Positions 34,704 through 48,194 are shown, counted from the stretch's first letter. The stretch is DNA of 64,000 nt from Mobula hypostoma (GCF_963921235.1 NC_086097.1:147934001-147998000); one strand, 5' to 3'. Notes: generated by a model not told the origin, from the letters alone. Numbers and translations: made by a program.

Positions 34704-37700
34704 TTACATTAAATGAAAATATCGAATAAAAGATCCCCAAATCTGTTCAAATTTAAATGAAGAATCATAAAGGTTACTTCTAATTTTCTCCAGATTCAAA
34801 CATAATATCGTCTGGGAGAACCAAAAAAAGGTAGTTGGAGCATTAAGCTCTTTCCAATGTTGTAAAATACATCTTTTTGCCATTAAAGTAAGAAATGCAA
34901 TCATTCTACGGGCTGAAGGGAAAGATTACTAGAAATTTTAGGTAGTCCAAAGATAGCAGTAATAGGGTGAGGAGAGATATCTATATTTAACACCTTAGAA
35001 ATAATATTAAAAATGTCTCTCCAAAAAGTTTCCAAAGTAGGGCAAGACCAAAACATATGAGTTAAAGAGGCTATCTGCCCCGAACATCTATCACAAAAAG
35101 GATTAATATGCAAGTAAAAACGCGCTAACTTATCTTTGGACATATGTGCTCTATGAACAACTTTAAATTGAATTAGAAAATGTTTAGCGCAAATAGAGGA
35201 AGTATTAACTAATTGTAAAATCTGCCCCCAATCATCCACAGAAATGGTAAGCCCCAATTCCTGTTCCCAATCTACCCTAATCTTATCAAATGGAGCTTTC
35301 CTAAGTTTCATAATAATATTATAAATCATAGCCGATGTACCTTTCTGACATGGATTAAGGTTAATTATTGAATCTAAAATATATGTAGGAGGAAGCATTG
35401 GAAAGGAAGAAAGTATAGTACTTAGGAAATTCCTAACTTGCAAATATCTAAAAAAATGTATTCTTGATAAATTATATTTGTTAGATAGTTGTTCAAAAGA
35501 CATAAGGGAACCATCTAAAAATAAATCCAAAAACCGTAAAATACCCTTAATCTTCCAAGTTTGAAAAGCGCGATCCGTAAAAGAGGGAGGAAAAAATATG
35601 TTACCTAAGATAGGAATCGCTAACCCGAATTGATTAAGATCAAAAAATTTTCTGATTGAAACCAAATACGCAAAGCATATTTAACTATCGGGTTAGACAC
35701 CTGCTTAAGGCGTTTCGAATCAAAAGGGAGAGAGGAACCTAAAATAGAGCCAAGTGTATAGCCCTGAACAGATTGTAGTTCCAATGCTACCCATTTAGGA
35801 ATAGATAGTATATCCTGATCAAGTAACCAAAATTTCATATGTCGAATATTAATTGCCCAATAATAGAATCTAAAGTTAGGTAATGCTAAACCTCCATCTC
35901 TCTTAGCTTTCTGTAAATGTATTTTACCCAGTCTCGGATTTTTATTCTGCCAAATAAATGAAGAAATTTTAGAGTCAACTTTATCAAAGAAAGATTTTGG
36001 AACAAAAATTGGTAATGCCTGAAACACATATAAAAATTTTGGCAAAAAAAACATTTAACGGCATTAATACGACCAATCAAAGTTAAATATAAAGGAAACC
36101 ATTTAGATGAAAGTTGCGTAATATGGTCTATTAATGGTAAAAAGTTAATCTTAAATAAATCTTTATATTTACAAGTAATTTTAATCCCAAGATAAGAAAA
36201 ATAGTTATCAATCAATTTAAATGGAAATTTATAATATAAGGGAAGATGTTTATTAATCGGAAAGAGTTCACTCTTACTAAGATTTAATTTATAACCTGAA
36301 AAAGAACCAAATTGTGCTAATAACTCTAAAACAGCAGGAATGGATTTCTCAGGATTAGAAATATATAAAAGTAAATCATCAGCATAGAGTGATAATTTAT
36401 GGGACTTTAATCCCCGAGTTATCCCAGTAATATTTGATGATTCTCGAATAGCAATTGCAAGAGGTTCTAATGCAATATCAAATAATAGGGGACTAAGAGG
36501 ACAACCTTGTCGAGTACCTCGAAAAAGAGGAAAAAAAGGTGAGTTTAAAGAGTTAATACGGACCGAGGCTACAGGGGAATGATATAACAGTTTAATCCAG
36601 GATATAAATTTCAAGCTAAAGTTAAACATTTCAAGCACCTTAAATAAATAAGGCCATTCTACTCTATCAAAAGCTTTCTCGGCGTCTAAAGAAATAACAC
36701 ACTCAGGAACATTATGTGAGGGAGTATAAACGATATTTAACAATGTACGAATATTATAAAAAGAGTAACGACCTTTAATAAAACCCGTTTGGTCTTCCGA
36801 AATAATAGAAGGAAGTACTTTTTCTAGTCTATTTGCTAATAACTTAGAAAAAACTTTAGAATCAACATTTAATAGAGATATTGGTCTATAAGATGCACAT
36901 TGAGCAGGGTCTTTATCCTTCTTTAATATTAAAGAAATTGACGCTCTATTAAAAGATTCAGGAAGTTTACCAAGTTTCAGAGAAGCCTCAAAAACCCTAC
37001 AGAGCCAAGGAATCAATAAAGAAGCAAAACATTTATAAGATTCAACGGTAAACCCATCTGGGCCAGGAGCTTTCCCCAAATTCATAGAAAGAATAACATT
37101 CTTAATCTCATCCATAGTAATGGAAGTATCTAATATAGAAGACGTATCCTGTGAAATCTGAGGGAATTCTAAATTATCTAAAAAATCATTCATATGTTTA
37201 GAATCTCGAGGAGACTCTGATTGATATAAAGAAGAATAAAAATCACAAAAGGTTTGATTAATCCCCACATGATCCAGTATCAATCGATCATTTTGGTTAT
37301 AAATCTGATTGATTTGAGATTTAACATAATTAGATTTCAATTGATTAGCCAGCAGCTTGCCAATTTTGTCACTGTGAACATAAAATTCACTTCTTGTTTT
37401 CTTTAATTGGTTTACAATCGAGGACGAGAGTAGTAAACTGTGTTCCATTTGAAGTTCAGTTCTTTGTTTGTATAACTCCTCAGAAGGAGCCATAACATAT
37501 TTCTTATCAATTTCTTTAATCTTGTCCACAATTACCATCTCCTCCTGCTTCTGCTTCTTCCTCAAAGCAGCAGAGTACGAGATAATCTGACCACGAATAT
37601 AGGCTTTAAAAGTGTCCCAAAGAGTGTTAACCGAAATATCCTCTGTATGGTTAATTGTAAAAAAAAGCTCAATCTGTTCATTCATAAAGTTAACAAAGTC

Positions 37701-38494
37701 CGAGTCCTGAAGCAACAGCGAATTAAAACGCCATTGTCTATTATTTTGTATATTGGCCATAATTTTAATAGAAAGCTTAAGTGGAGCATGATCCGAAATG
37801 GTTATAGAATCATAATCACATTTAATCACTGAAGAAATAAGACGAGAATCAATAAAAAAAAATAATCAATTCTTGAATAGGAATGATGAACATGTGAAAA
37901 GAAAGAAAAATCTTTTTCCTGAGGATGCAGAAAACGCCAAATGTCCGTCGACCCAGAATCAGAAAGGAAAGAGTTAATCAAAGTTGCAGATTTATTAGGT
38001 AAAGTCCGTAAAGGAGCCGAACGGTCCAAGGCTGGAGACAAACAGGTATTAAGATCTCCGCCCCAGATCAATGAAAACTCGTTCAAATTCGGAAACTGAT
38101 TAAATAATGATTTATAAAATTCCGGATAGTCCATATTAGGAGCATAAACATTAACCAAAACTACTTTTTTATTAAATAGTAAACCACTAACCAATAAAAA
38201 TCTACCATTCGGATCAGAAAAAATATCCTGTTGTATAAAAGTAACTGAGGAATCTATAAAAATAGAGATGCCTCGAATCTTAGCATTGGAGTTCGAATGA
38301 AATTGTTGACCCTTCCAGAATTTAAAAAAACGTAGTCTGTCCGCCCTCCGTACATGGGTCTCTTGTAAAAACAAAATTTGTGCTTTAAGTCTCCGGAACA
38401 CTTTAAAAACTTTTTTCCTTTTAATAGGGTGATTAAGACCGTTAGTATTCCAGGAGACAAAATTAATAATAGACTCCATAAATCCTAAAGTCAA
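34704..38494 (-). pseudogene. L1 ORF2p (APE endonuclease, RT, CCHC), four frameshifts
   Basis: Motifs SWNTNGL, LQETH, GGDLN, SRIDY, SDH, KAPGPDG, YRPISL, RQGCPLSP, YADD and CDRC..LTHMFWSC, spread across five overlapping ORF segments. Confidence 0.92.
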
Positions 38495-39202
38495 CCCACA
38501 GCAAGGAAGATTGACGATAGGCTCGACCCACGAACCCGGAGAGGAAACAGAACATACAAAAGGTACCGGGAAAAAGGACGCAACAAGTACTTCAATAATG
38601 TATATAGCCCAAAGAGAAAAAAACTAAAACGTGAAGCCCCTCCCACCACCCCCTACCCCAAAACCCCAAGGCAAAATCTAAAGCAGACCCGCCCAAAAGA
38701 AGCAAGCGCTAAAACTACCCCCATGACTTCCGGTATACGCTCCCTAAAAAAAAGGTATAAATATGAAAAAGATCAGCTAATTGTAAAACAGTAAAAAAGT
38801 AGAGAAAAAAAGGTAACTCAATTAAAATACACACACAACAGAACAAAAGCCAGAAAATATATATTAAAAAAAACCACAATAAACCCCAAACCCATGAATA
38901 AACAAAACAACAACTAGAAAAAATAAGATTATTACCATAAACTAGTTATAAAAAGCAAAACAAAATAAAATTTAAAAAAACTACAAAATTTAAGGCCACA
39001 CAGGAAATACGTAAAATGACAATAAGGAAGTAACCACCCAGAATCCCCTGGGAAAAGAAAGAAATGACGCAGCTAAAAAGAAAGTTTAGCAACCATATTA
39101 AGAAATCAAAAATAAACTTTTCTGCCCAAATAGGGCACGAAAAAATTAAAACCAACCAATTCACAGCCTCCGATCAACGGAGATAATTAAAAAAAATAAC
39201 AA

Positions 39203-40102
39203 TTAAGATGTTGAAGGTGAAAGTTGATCCAGATAACTCTGGGCATCCGATGGAGAATCAAAAAAATGAAGGACTCCATCTGACATGCGAATCCTTAGAC
39301 GTGCAGGGTACAGCAGCGCTGGTCTTAAATCCATCTTATAGAATTCCGACATCACAGATCTGTAGCGAACCCGTTGGTCCCAGATTGGTTTACTGAAATC
39401 TTCCACGAATCGGAACTTAAGATCCGAAAAATCAATGAAACCTTTAGATCGAGCGAATCGAAACAGTCTCTCCTTGTCTTGAAAGTAATGAAAACGTAAG
39501 ATAACATGCCTAGGTCTATCTGACCTAGACGAGTGTGATGGGACTCTGTGAACACGATCCAGTAGCGGTGGTTGGTCAGGAAATACAGTAGGGAATGCAT
39601 CTTTTAAAAGTTGAGAAAAATACTTCATGGGGTTGTTAGATTCAACAGCTTCACGCACCCCAATCATTCGTAAATTCTGCCGTCGCATTCTAGATTCTAA
39701 GTCAGAGTTTTTAAAAGTCAGAAAGTCAAGTTTCTTCTTCATTACATTAATTGTTTCTTCGATTTTCCCAATCTTAAGCTCACTTTGTTGCGCGGATTTT
39801 TGAAGATCAGATATAGCCGACTGATGTTCCGCAATAGATGTTTGCATCTTATCAATTGAATCGGCAATTTTCTGGAGATTAATTGAGATTTCCGTATGAA
39901 TCAGGTCCTTAACAGAGATAGCGATTTCCGTACGAATCATCTCCGTAACAGAGGTTGAAATTTCCCTCTGAATTAACTCCGATATAGCTTTCAAAGTCAC
40001 CGGTGATTCAGTCGGAGGAAAATCCATACCTTTCAGTTTAACCGAAGGTTTACCATCCTTGCCGTTTTTCCCGTTCTTAGACATAGCAGATCTAAGATGC
40101 AT
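39203..40102 (-). CDS. L1 ORF1p (coiled coil, RRM, CTD)
   Basis: Intact 299-aa ORF with DLESRMRRQNLRMIGVRE, DRVHRV, PRHVILRF and LLYPARL motifs typical of L1 ORF1p. Confidence 0.92.
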   Translation of the reverse strand: MHLRSAMSKNGKNGKDGKPSVKLKGMDFPPTESPVTLKAISELIQREISTSVTEMIRTEIAISVKDLIHTEISINLQKIADSIDKMQTSIAEHQSAISDLQKSAQQSELKIGKIEETINVMKKKLDFLTFKNSDLESRMRRQNLRMIGVREAVESNNPMKYFSQLLKDAFPTVFPDQPPLLDRVHRVPSHSSRSDRPRHVILRFHYFQDKERLFRFARSKGFIDFSDLKFRFVEDFSKPIWDQRVRYRSVMSEFYKMDLRPALLYPARLRIRMSDGVLHFFDSPSDAQSYLDQLSPSTS

Positions 40103-40852
40103 CCAGTTATCGGAGAGTTCAATTTAATTCAAAGTATAGTAAGAGTTAATACCTTAATGGTTAATTAAAGTATAACTGATCATAAAGAAAAAAACTCAGA
40201 GGTAATGGAGCGAGTCAAGAACACGACTTCACTCCATGAGCGCTACCGGAAGTCCCCGAAGATACTGTTTCTTATCACATTTAAATTGTTTGCTTTTTTT
40301 CTACTCACTCCTGAAGCAGTAATCACATTTACTTCAGAATGGATTGATGGTGATCCCTAAAGCAGACATGAACAATAATTTATACAAGTATCAAACATGT
40401 GAAATAGGATCTAGCATTGATATCAAATCTCTTGTTATGTGAATGTCCTGTAATGCTTTAAAACCAATAGCTGCCTTTCAAATATCTTTACTATTGTCAC
40501 ATGGGTAAATGTTTCTTGCTGTTGTTAGTTGAAATAGAATCACACAGGGATGTTGAACAAACAAGGATTTGCCAATATACTGAATAATTATTTTCTTATA
40601 TCACCGTGTATTAAACAATGAAGTAAATCTTCCAAATATTAAAGATAAAATGATTTTTCAAGCATAATATTGAGCTGGAAGAGTTTATAGGATGAAGATA
40701 ATTGCAAAGTGCATTTGGGAGAGGAAGTTCCAAGAGTCTTAACAAAAATGTAGGAATCCAAAAGCAAAAGCACTGATGCTGGAAATAGGAATTAAAACAA
40801 AATGCTCAGCATTTGTGTGGAGAGAAAGGGAGTTTCATCAAACAATGATGTG

Positions 40853-41364
40853 CACTTAGTGGCCACTTTATTGGATATAACTACACATGTGCTCATTAAT
40901 GCAAAGAAGCATGCAGGTGTGGTCAATCAGTTTAGTTGTTGTTCAGACCGAACATCAGAAAGGAAGAAGTGTGATTTAAATGACTTTGACAGTAGTGCCA
41001 GACAGGGTAGTTTGAGAATCTCAGAAATTGCTAATCTCCTGGGGTTTTCGCACACAACAGGCGCTAAAGTTTATACAGAATGTTGCAAAAAACAAAAAGC
41101 ACCCCGTGAGTGGCAATCTTGTGGGCAAAATAGCCTTGTTAATGAGAGAGGTCAGAGAACAATGGCCAGGCCAGCTCAGGCTGACAGCAAGGTGACAGTA
41201 ACTCAAATGACTATGCATTACAACAATGGTGTGCAGAAGAGCAACACTAAACACACACTTCAAACCTTGAAATGGATGTGCTACAACAGCAGAAGACCAC
41301 GAACATACACTCATTGACCACTTTATTAGATATAGGAAGTACCTGATAAGGTGGCCACTGAGTG
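40853..41364 (+). mobile_element. Tc1/mariner deletion derivative
   Basis: TIRs CACT(T/C)AGTGGCCAC(T/C)TTAT, flanks TG/TA. Transposase N-terminal HTH remnant ISEIANLLGFSHTT..VY.E. Confidence 0.85.
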
Positions 41365-43407
41365 TATGTGACCAGTTGTAGTTGTTGTGTAAATGGAAGG
41401 AAGGCCAATAGTTGCTATACATTCATTGTTCTTGGTGCTGATGGTCAGAAGTTTGAAAGTGTTTTTGAAGAAACTTTAGTGGAATGCTGCAATCCATCCA
41501 GTAGACAATGCACACACCAACTGTCCTCTGCCTGTAGTAGAGGAAATAAGCTTGTAAATGGGATGCCAGTCAACTGAACTGTTGTATCTTTGGTAGCCTT
41601 GGAGTTCTTGTGTTATTGAGGCTGTTTCCATTGAATAACAAATATACCATCACATTCCTAACCTATGTTTTGTATATGGCAAATAACTTCAAATACGCTC
41701 ATGTTATATAGATATAACATTTAATGTTTGAGCTAGCCTAAATAATTATTCAGTATATTGGCAAAATTTAAATTAGATTTCCAGAGGGATGGGAACCAGA
41801 GTGCCAGAATGTGGAGGTAGGTATTGGTAAGATCTTGGACAAAGCCAGGAATCAAAAGGTTGAGCATGATATGACTGGCGTCCTGAGCTGCATATATTTC
41901 AATGCATGAAATATCATAGGAAAGACAGATGAGCTCAGGGCATCGATCAACCACATAGAATAATGACATTGTAGCCATTAGTGAGATTTGGTTGCAGGAG
42001 GGGCAGGACTGGCAGCTCAATGTTCCAGGATTCAGTTGTTTTAGACATAATAAAGTGGGAGGGATTAAAGGTGGCAATACTAGTCAGGCAAAACATCATG
42101 GCAGTGCTCCATCAGAACAGACTGGAGAACTCAACCAGTGAGGAATTATGGGTGGACTTGAGAACTAAGAATGGTATGGCCACATTAATGGGGCTATATT
42201 ACAGACCACCCAACAGTCCTAGGGATTTAGAGGAACAAATTTGTAGGGAGATCACATACTTGTTGCAAGAAGCTTAAGGTTGTTATAACAGCTGCTTTTA
42301 ACTTTGCACATACTGACTGGTCGTATACAAAAAGGCTAGATGAAATAGTATTTGTCAAATGTGTTCAGCAAAGTTTCCTTCATCAGTGCGTTGAAGACAC
42401 AATGGGAGAGCGTGCAATACTGTATTTGCTATTAGGGAATGAGGCAGGGCAGGTGACAAGTTTGTGTAGCGGAACACTGCATCCAGTGACCACAATGTCA
42501 TTGTTTCAAAGTAAATATGCAAAGCGATGGGTTGAAATTCTACACTGGAGAAAGCCCAATGTTGATGGCATCAGAAAAGATCTGCAAGTGTGGATTGGGA
42601 CAGGCTGTTTTCTGGCAAAGGAGGACTTGGAAAGTGGGAGGCCTTCAAAAACGAGATTTTGAGAGTACAGAGCTTGTATGTGCTTGTCAGAATAAATGGT
42701 AGATCACAAGAATAGGGAACCTTGGTTTTCAAGAAATATTAAGGCCCTGGTTAAGAGGAAAAAAAGGAGGTGCATAACAGGTATAGGCAAGTAGGAACAA
42801 TGAGGTGCTTATGGAGTATAAGAATTGCAAGAGAACACTTAAGAAAGAAATCAGGAAGGCTTAAAGAAGGCATGAAGTTTCTCTAGTAGACAAGGTGAAT
42901 GAGAATCCTAAGGAATTCTACAGGTATATTAAGAGCAGAAGGATTGCAAGGGGCAAAATTGATCCTCTGGAACACCAGAATGGTAATCCATGTGTGCAGC
43001 CAAAACAAATGGAGGAGATCTTAAATGCATTCTTTGCATCTGTATTTACTTGGGACTGGGGTATAGTGTCTAAAGAAGTGGCATCAACTACATGGACCCT
43101 GTATAGATTACAGAAGAAAAGGTGTTTCTAGGCCCGGTACCGGTCCGCGGCCCAGTGATTGGGGACCGCTGGGCTAGAGTAATAGAGACAAATCGGGCTG
43201 GATAAATACCCAGGACCTGACAAGGTATTCCCTCGGACCTAACAGGAGGCATGCAGAAATTGCCGGGGTGCTAGCAGAGACCTTGGAGATAGGAGAGTAA
43301 CAAGTAACATCCTTAGAGACAGGAGAGTTGCCAGAGGATTGGAAGATGGCCAATGCTGTTCCGCTGTTTAAAAAAGGCTTTAAAAATAAACCAGGAAATT
43401 ATTGGCA

Positions 43408-43974
43408 AACGCGAAGAAATCTGCAGATGCTGGAATTTCAAGCAACACACATAAAAGTTGCTGGTGAACGCAGCAGGCCAGGCAGCATCTCTAGGAAGAG
43501 ATACAGTCGATGTTTCGGGCCGAGACCCTTCATCAGGACTAACTGAAAGAAGAGCTAGTAAGAGATTTGAAAGTGGGAGGGGGAGGGGGAGATCCAAGAT
43601 GATAGGAGAAGGCAGGAGGGGAAGGGATGGAGCCAAGAGCTGGACAGTTGATTGGCAAAAGGGATATGAGAGAATCATGGGACGGGAGGCCTAGGGAGAA
43701 AGAAGGGCGGGGGAGCCCAGAGGATGGGCGAAGAGTATAGTTAGAGGGACAGAGGGAGAAAAAGGAGAGAGAGAAAAAGAATACATATATATAAAATAAA
43801 TAAATAACGGATGGGGTACGAGGGGGAGGTGGGGCATTAACGGAACTTAGAGAAGTCAGTGTTCATGCCATCAGGTTGGAGGCTACCCAGACGGAATATA
43901 AGGTGTTGTTCCTTCAACCTGAGTATGGCTTCATCTTTACAGTAGAGGAGGCCGTGGTTAGACATTTCAGAATG
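43408..43974 (-). mobile_element. Penelope-like element 3' fragment nested in CR1
   Basis: Same family, reverse orientation. 14-bp TSD GGAAATTATTGGCA (43394-407 / 43975-988). Confidence 0.85.
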
Positions 43975-44040
43975 GGAAATTATTGGCAGGTGAGTTTGAC
44001 ATCAGTTGTGAGGATGTTATTCTAAGGGACCAGATATATA

Positions 44041-44189
44041 CAGGTCGACCTTCATTAATCCGGCATTGGGACCTGAGGAGTGCCGGACTAGTGAAAATGC
44101 CGAATTACAGAAGGATCACTAAGCATAATCAGTGCCGGGTTATCGAAGGAACCAGATTACAGGTAGTCGGATTAGTGAAGGTCGACCTG
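44041..44189. mobile_element. 149-bp Tc1/mariner-pogo-type MITE nested in CR1
   Basis: TIR CAGGTCGACCTTCA(T/C)TAATCCG at both ends, TA TSD. Confidence 0.88.
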
Positions 44190-45495
44190 TATAAGTACTT
44201 GGATAGACATGGACTGATTAAGGATAGTCAATGTGGCTTCATGAATAGTAAGTGATGTCTAACCAATCTTATACAGTTTTTCCAGGAAGTTACCAGGAAA
44301 ATGGATGAAGGCAAGGCAGTGGATGTTGTCTACATGGACTTTAGTAAGACTTTTGACAAGGTCCCACATGGGAGCTGGTCAAGAAGGTTCAGATGCTTAG
44401 CATTCAGGATGAGGTGGTAAATTGGATTAGATATTGGCTTTGTGGGAGAAACCAGAATGGTCGTAGAGGATTGCCTCTCTGACTGGAGGCCTGTGACTAG
44501 TGGAGTGCCACTGTGATCGGTGCTGGGTCTTTTGTTGTTTGTAATCTATATCAATGATCTGGATGATAATGTGGTTAACCGGGTCAGCAAATTTGCAGAT
44601 GGCACCAAGATTGAATGTGTAATGTACAGTGACGAAGGCTATCAGAGCTTGCAGAGGAATCTGCATCAGCTGGAAAAATGGGCTCAAAATGGCAGTTGGA
44701 ATTTAATGCAGGGAAGTGCGCAAGTGAGAGGTTTTGCACTTCGGTAGGACCAACCAGGTGTCTGCTAGGGCACTGGGGAGTGTGGTAGAACAAAGGGATC
44801 TAGGAATACAAGTACATAATTCGTTGAAAGTGATGTCACAATGCCATAAAGAAAGCTTTTGGCACATTGGCCTTCATAAATCAGTGTATTGAGTACAGAA
44901 GATGGGATGTTATGTTGAAGTTGTATAACACGTTGGTGAGACCAAATCTTGGAGTATTGTGTGCAGTTTTGGTCACTGTCGACAGGAAAGATGTAAATAA
45001 GGTTGAAAGAGTGCAGAGAAAATTTATAAGGATGTTGCCGGGTCTGGAGGACCTGGGTCATAACAAAAGATTGAATAGGTTAGGACTGTATTCTTTACAA
45101 CATAGGAGATTGAGGGGAGATTTGATAGAGGTATACAAAATTATGAAGGGTATAGGTAGGGTAAATGCAAGCAAGCTTTTTCCACTGAGATTGGGTGGGA
45201 CTACAACCAGAAGTCATGGCTTAAGGATGAAAGGTGAGAAGTTTAAGGGAAGATGAGGGGAAGCTTCTTCGCTCAGAGGTTTGTGAGAGTGTAGAACGCT
45301 CGCTAGCGCAAATGTTGCATGCAAGCTCAATTTCAATATTTAAGAGAAGTTTGGATAGGTATAGGGATAGAAGGGATATGGAGAGCTCTGGTCCCGATGT
45401 AGGTTGTTGCGAGTAGGCAATTTAAATGGGTTTCGGCATGGACTAAATGGGTCAAATGGCCTTTTTCTGTGCTGTACTTCTCTATTACTCTAGCC

Positions 45496-46729
45496 CAGCG
45501 GTCCCCAATCACTGGGCCGCGGACCGGTACCGGGCCGCAAAGCATGTGCTACCGGGCCGCGAGGAAATGATATGATTTGGCGATATTGGTCAGCTGCACC
45601 TTTCCTCATTCCCTGTCATGCCCACTGTGGAGCTTGAATGCACGCGAGCTCATTACCCACGCGTCATCCATGTCAGCGCGGGAAGAATAGCAACTCCTCG
45701 AGCTTGCAAATGACGGCGGGCTGAAAAGTATGTTTGACATAACATCTCTGCCATCATTCTAGATCAAAGTCAAGGCTGAATATCCTGAGATAGCCACAAA
45801 AGCACTGAAAACGTTGCTTCCATTTCCAACATCATATCGCTGCGAAGTGGAGTTTTCTGCGATGAATGCAATGAAAACTAAATTGCAGAATAGACTGGAC
45901 ATAAGGAATCCCTTTGAGTATCGCTGTCTCCCATCACCCCTTGATGGGACCATGCTGTTGCAGGGAAACAAGCCCAGGGCTCCCAATGATTCAGCAGTAT
46001 TGGTGTGTTGCAATGATTTTATATGTTCATACGGGGAAAATATGTGCTGTGTGTTTAATATCCAAACGTTACTTAAAATGTTATGATGCTGTTGACTTAT
46101 AAGTGACTTATATAAACATATAACAATTGCAGCATGGAGACAGGCGATCGCAGCTCTTCTAGTCCGTGCCGAACACTGCTCTCACCTAGTCCCACCGACC
46201 TGCACTCAGCCCATAACTCTCCATTCCTTTCCTGTCCATATACCCATCCAATTTTTCTTTAAATGATAATATCGAACTTGCCTCTACCACTTGTACTGGA
46301 AGTTCGTTCAACTCTTACTTCAAGCTCCCCTGATAATTGACATCACTATATTCATGGGAGGAAAATATGCGCTGTGTTTAATATTAAATTCGTTAGATAA
46401 ACCCTTTTAGAAACAAAATTGAGTGTATTAGCCACTTATCACCTATATTCCAGTCGTGATTAACACCCCCCGAACAGAATCGCTAAAAACTATTTGTAGA
46501 AAAAAATGGGCACATACACACATACGCAAGTCGCGCATGCGCACTGGTGCCCACGCAAGGCTTCATGGTCATTGTAGTCTTTCTCGGGGTAAACACAACG
46601 TAATCGACTGCTATTTTTGTCTGTCGGCAACCCTACTACCCCCCCCCCCCCCCGGCTGGGTCTGCTGGTCCGCAAGAATATTGTCAATAAGAAACTGGTC
46701 CGCGTTGCAAAAAAGGTTGGGGCCCCCTG
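45496..46729 (+). mobile_element. Non-autonomous hAT transposon, same family as 9114-10372
   Basis: TIRs and 8-bp TSD CTCTAGCC (45488-95 / 46730-37). Dimerisation-domain remnant LLPFPTSYRCEVEFSAM..KTKLQNRL. Confidence 0.92.
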
Positions 46730-48194
46730 CTCTAGCCGTTGCAAACCAGATATTATACAAGTCAGAACTGGACAGCTTCATAATTTGAGGGATTGTAAAT
46801 GCATTTGAGTACAATGTACTCATGAGGGCACAGAGTCTCCTTTAATTCAATCATGGAAGGAAGGTAATCGAACATAGTTGAGTTTAGGATACAGAGTAAG
46901 TTGATCTATTGGATGCATATGTATAGATTAATGATTTTTTTTTATAAGTACTGAAAGATTGCACTTCTTTAGACAGACTGTCATATTTTTTTCTTCCTAA
47001 CTTTCATGACTATTTCCTTTTCTTCTTGAAGTGCTGCAAGATCATAAAAGAAAAATGGGAGGCTTTGAGTACTGCTGTGTGACAATAAGCATTCTGTTTA
47101 AATGACAGCAGATATCCCCCAGTTCTGAAAAAACTGGTATCTGTTTGCAAACTACATCACAGGCATGTTTGATTTATTACTTATGGGAGCAGGAAGCCTC
47201 AAGGAAGCAGCAACCTTGCTCCCAGTTCCTCTGCTCCCCGTTAACCTGCATTATTACAAAGAGCATTGCAGTTAGGGCCATTCATCATGCTTTCAAGCAG
47301 AAGCAACAAAAAAGCCAATACCTTTGCTTAGCTCGTTTTATACAATACCGAAATATATTTTTAAAAATCATTATAAAATCAAATTTGGAAAGCTTTAAGC
47401 AGTTTATTCTATAAGTAATTGCCATAACCCTTTCCAAGTCTCTTCTTGTTGATAAACTGAAAAATATATCACATTGGAAATATTTTTGATTTTACGTGTA
47501 GGGATTTTGCACATTGTTATCATAAAGTCTGCTGGACTGCTAATAGCATGAACTATATGTTGGCTTGTCATATGCTTCTGTTTCTTTCTCCCCAAATGAA
47601 AATAGACTTTATTCAGCTACTGACCACAGTTGAGTTAAAAAGCAGAACCTGAAAGCAAATCTACAGAGGACATACCTTCAGGAGGAATAATAAAAGGTGG
47701 CATCAAAGTACATTGGCATTCCAGTTGTAGCCGGGCTTATCTTGCAAAGCAAGTTGAGAATCAAGGCTTGCCTTGATTTTGCAGTGACATTTGCAGCAGG
47801 TGGTATGCTGCTAACAGCTCTTAAGATTTGGTGCAAAATAAATGCAGTAAATTGATTTATTATTGTCTCATGTAATAAGGTACAGTGATAAACTTGTCTT
47901 GCATATCATCCATCCATACATACAAATGTATTACAACAATGCATTGAAGTAGTATAAGGTAAAACAATAACAGTGCAGAATGAAGTGTTACAGTACACAG
48001 AACGTGTAGTGCAGGTGGATAGTAAGGTAGATTGCCAATGGCTGCTTAGTCTTACTGATTGAAGTCTTTTGGCCAGGAAGTCAAGGATCTAGTTGCAAAG
48101 AAAAGTGTTGAATCCAAGGTTATGAGTTTGGAGGTGAGTTTGCTTGGACTTATAGTCTGAGTCCAATGGCTAACCCATTGGCTAGTCTGAGTCT

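Larger units (their letters stand above)
34349..40257 (-). mobile_element. Full-length L1-clade LINE (~5.9 kb) in ZC3H3 intron, antisense
   Basis: 16-bp TSD GAAGATACTGTTTCTT (34333-34348 / 40258-40273), 5' end GGGGACTTCCGG, ORF1, ~700-bp spacer, ORF2, AATAAA and a short A-rich tail. Confidence 0.95.
41770..45487 (+). mobile_element. CR1 LINE, decayed, hosting several nested insertions
   Basis: YYRPPNS and FADGTK motifs plus a 3' UTR ending ctgtgctgtacttctctat. Interrupted at 43131-43188, 43408-43974 and 44041-44189. Confidence 0.88.

Noticed and set aside
34294..34740. 148-aa hydrophobic ORF
   Set aside because: Arises from the T-rich L1 3' UTR and runs out through the TSD.
48153..48193. 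Small direct repeat tagtctgagtc around a caatgg/ccattg hairpin at the CR1 5' junction
   Set aside because: Probably 5'-junction repair filler. Too short to interpret.
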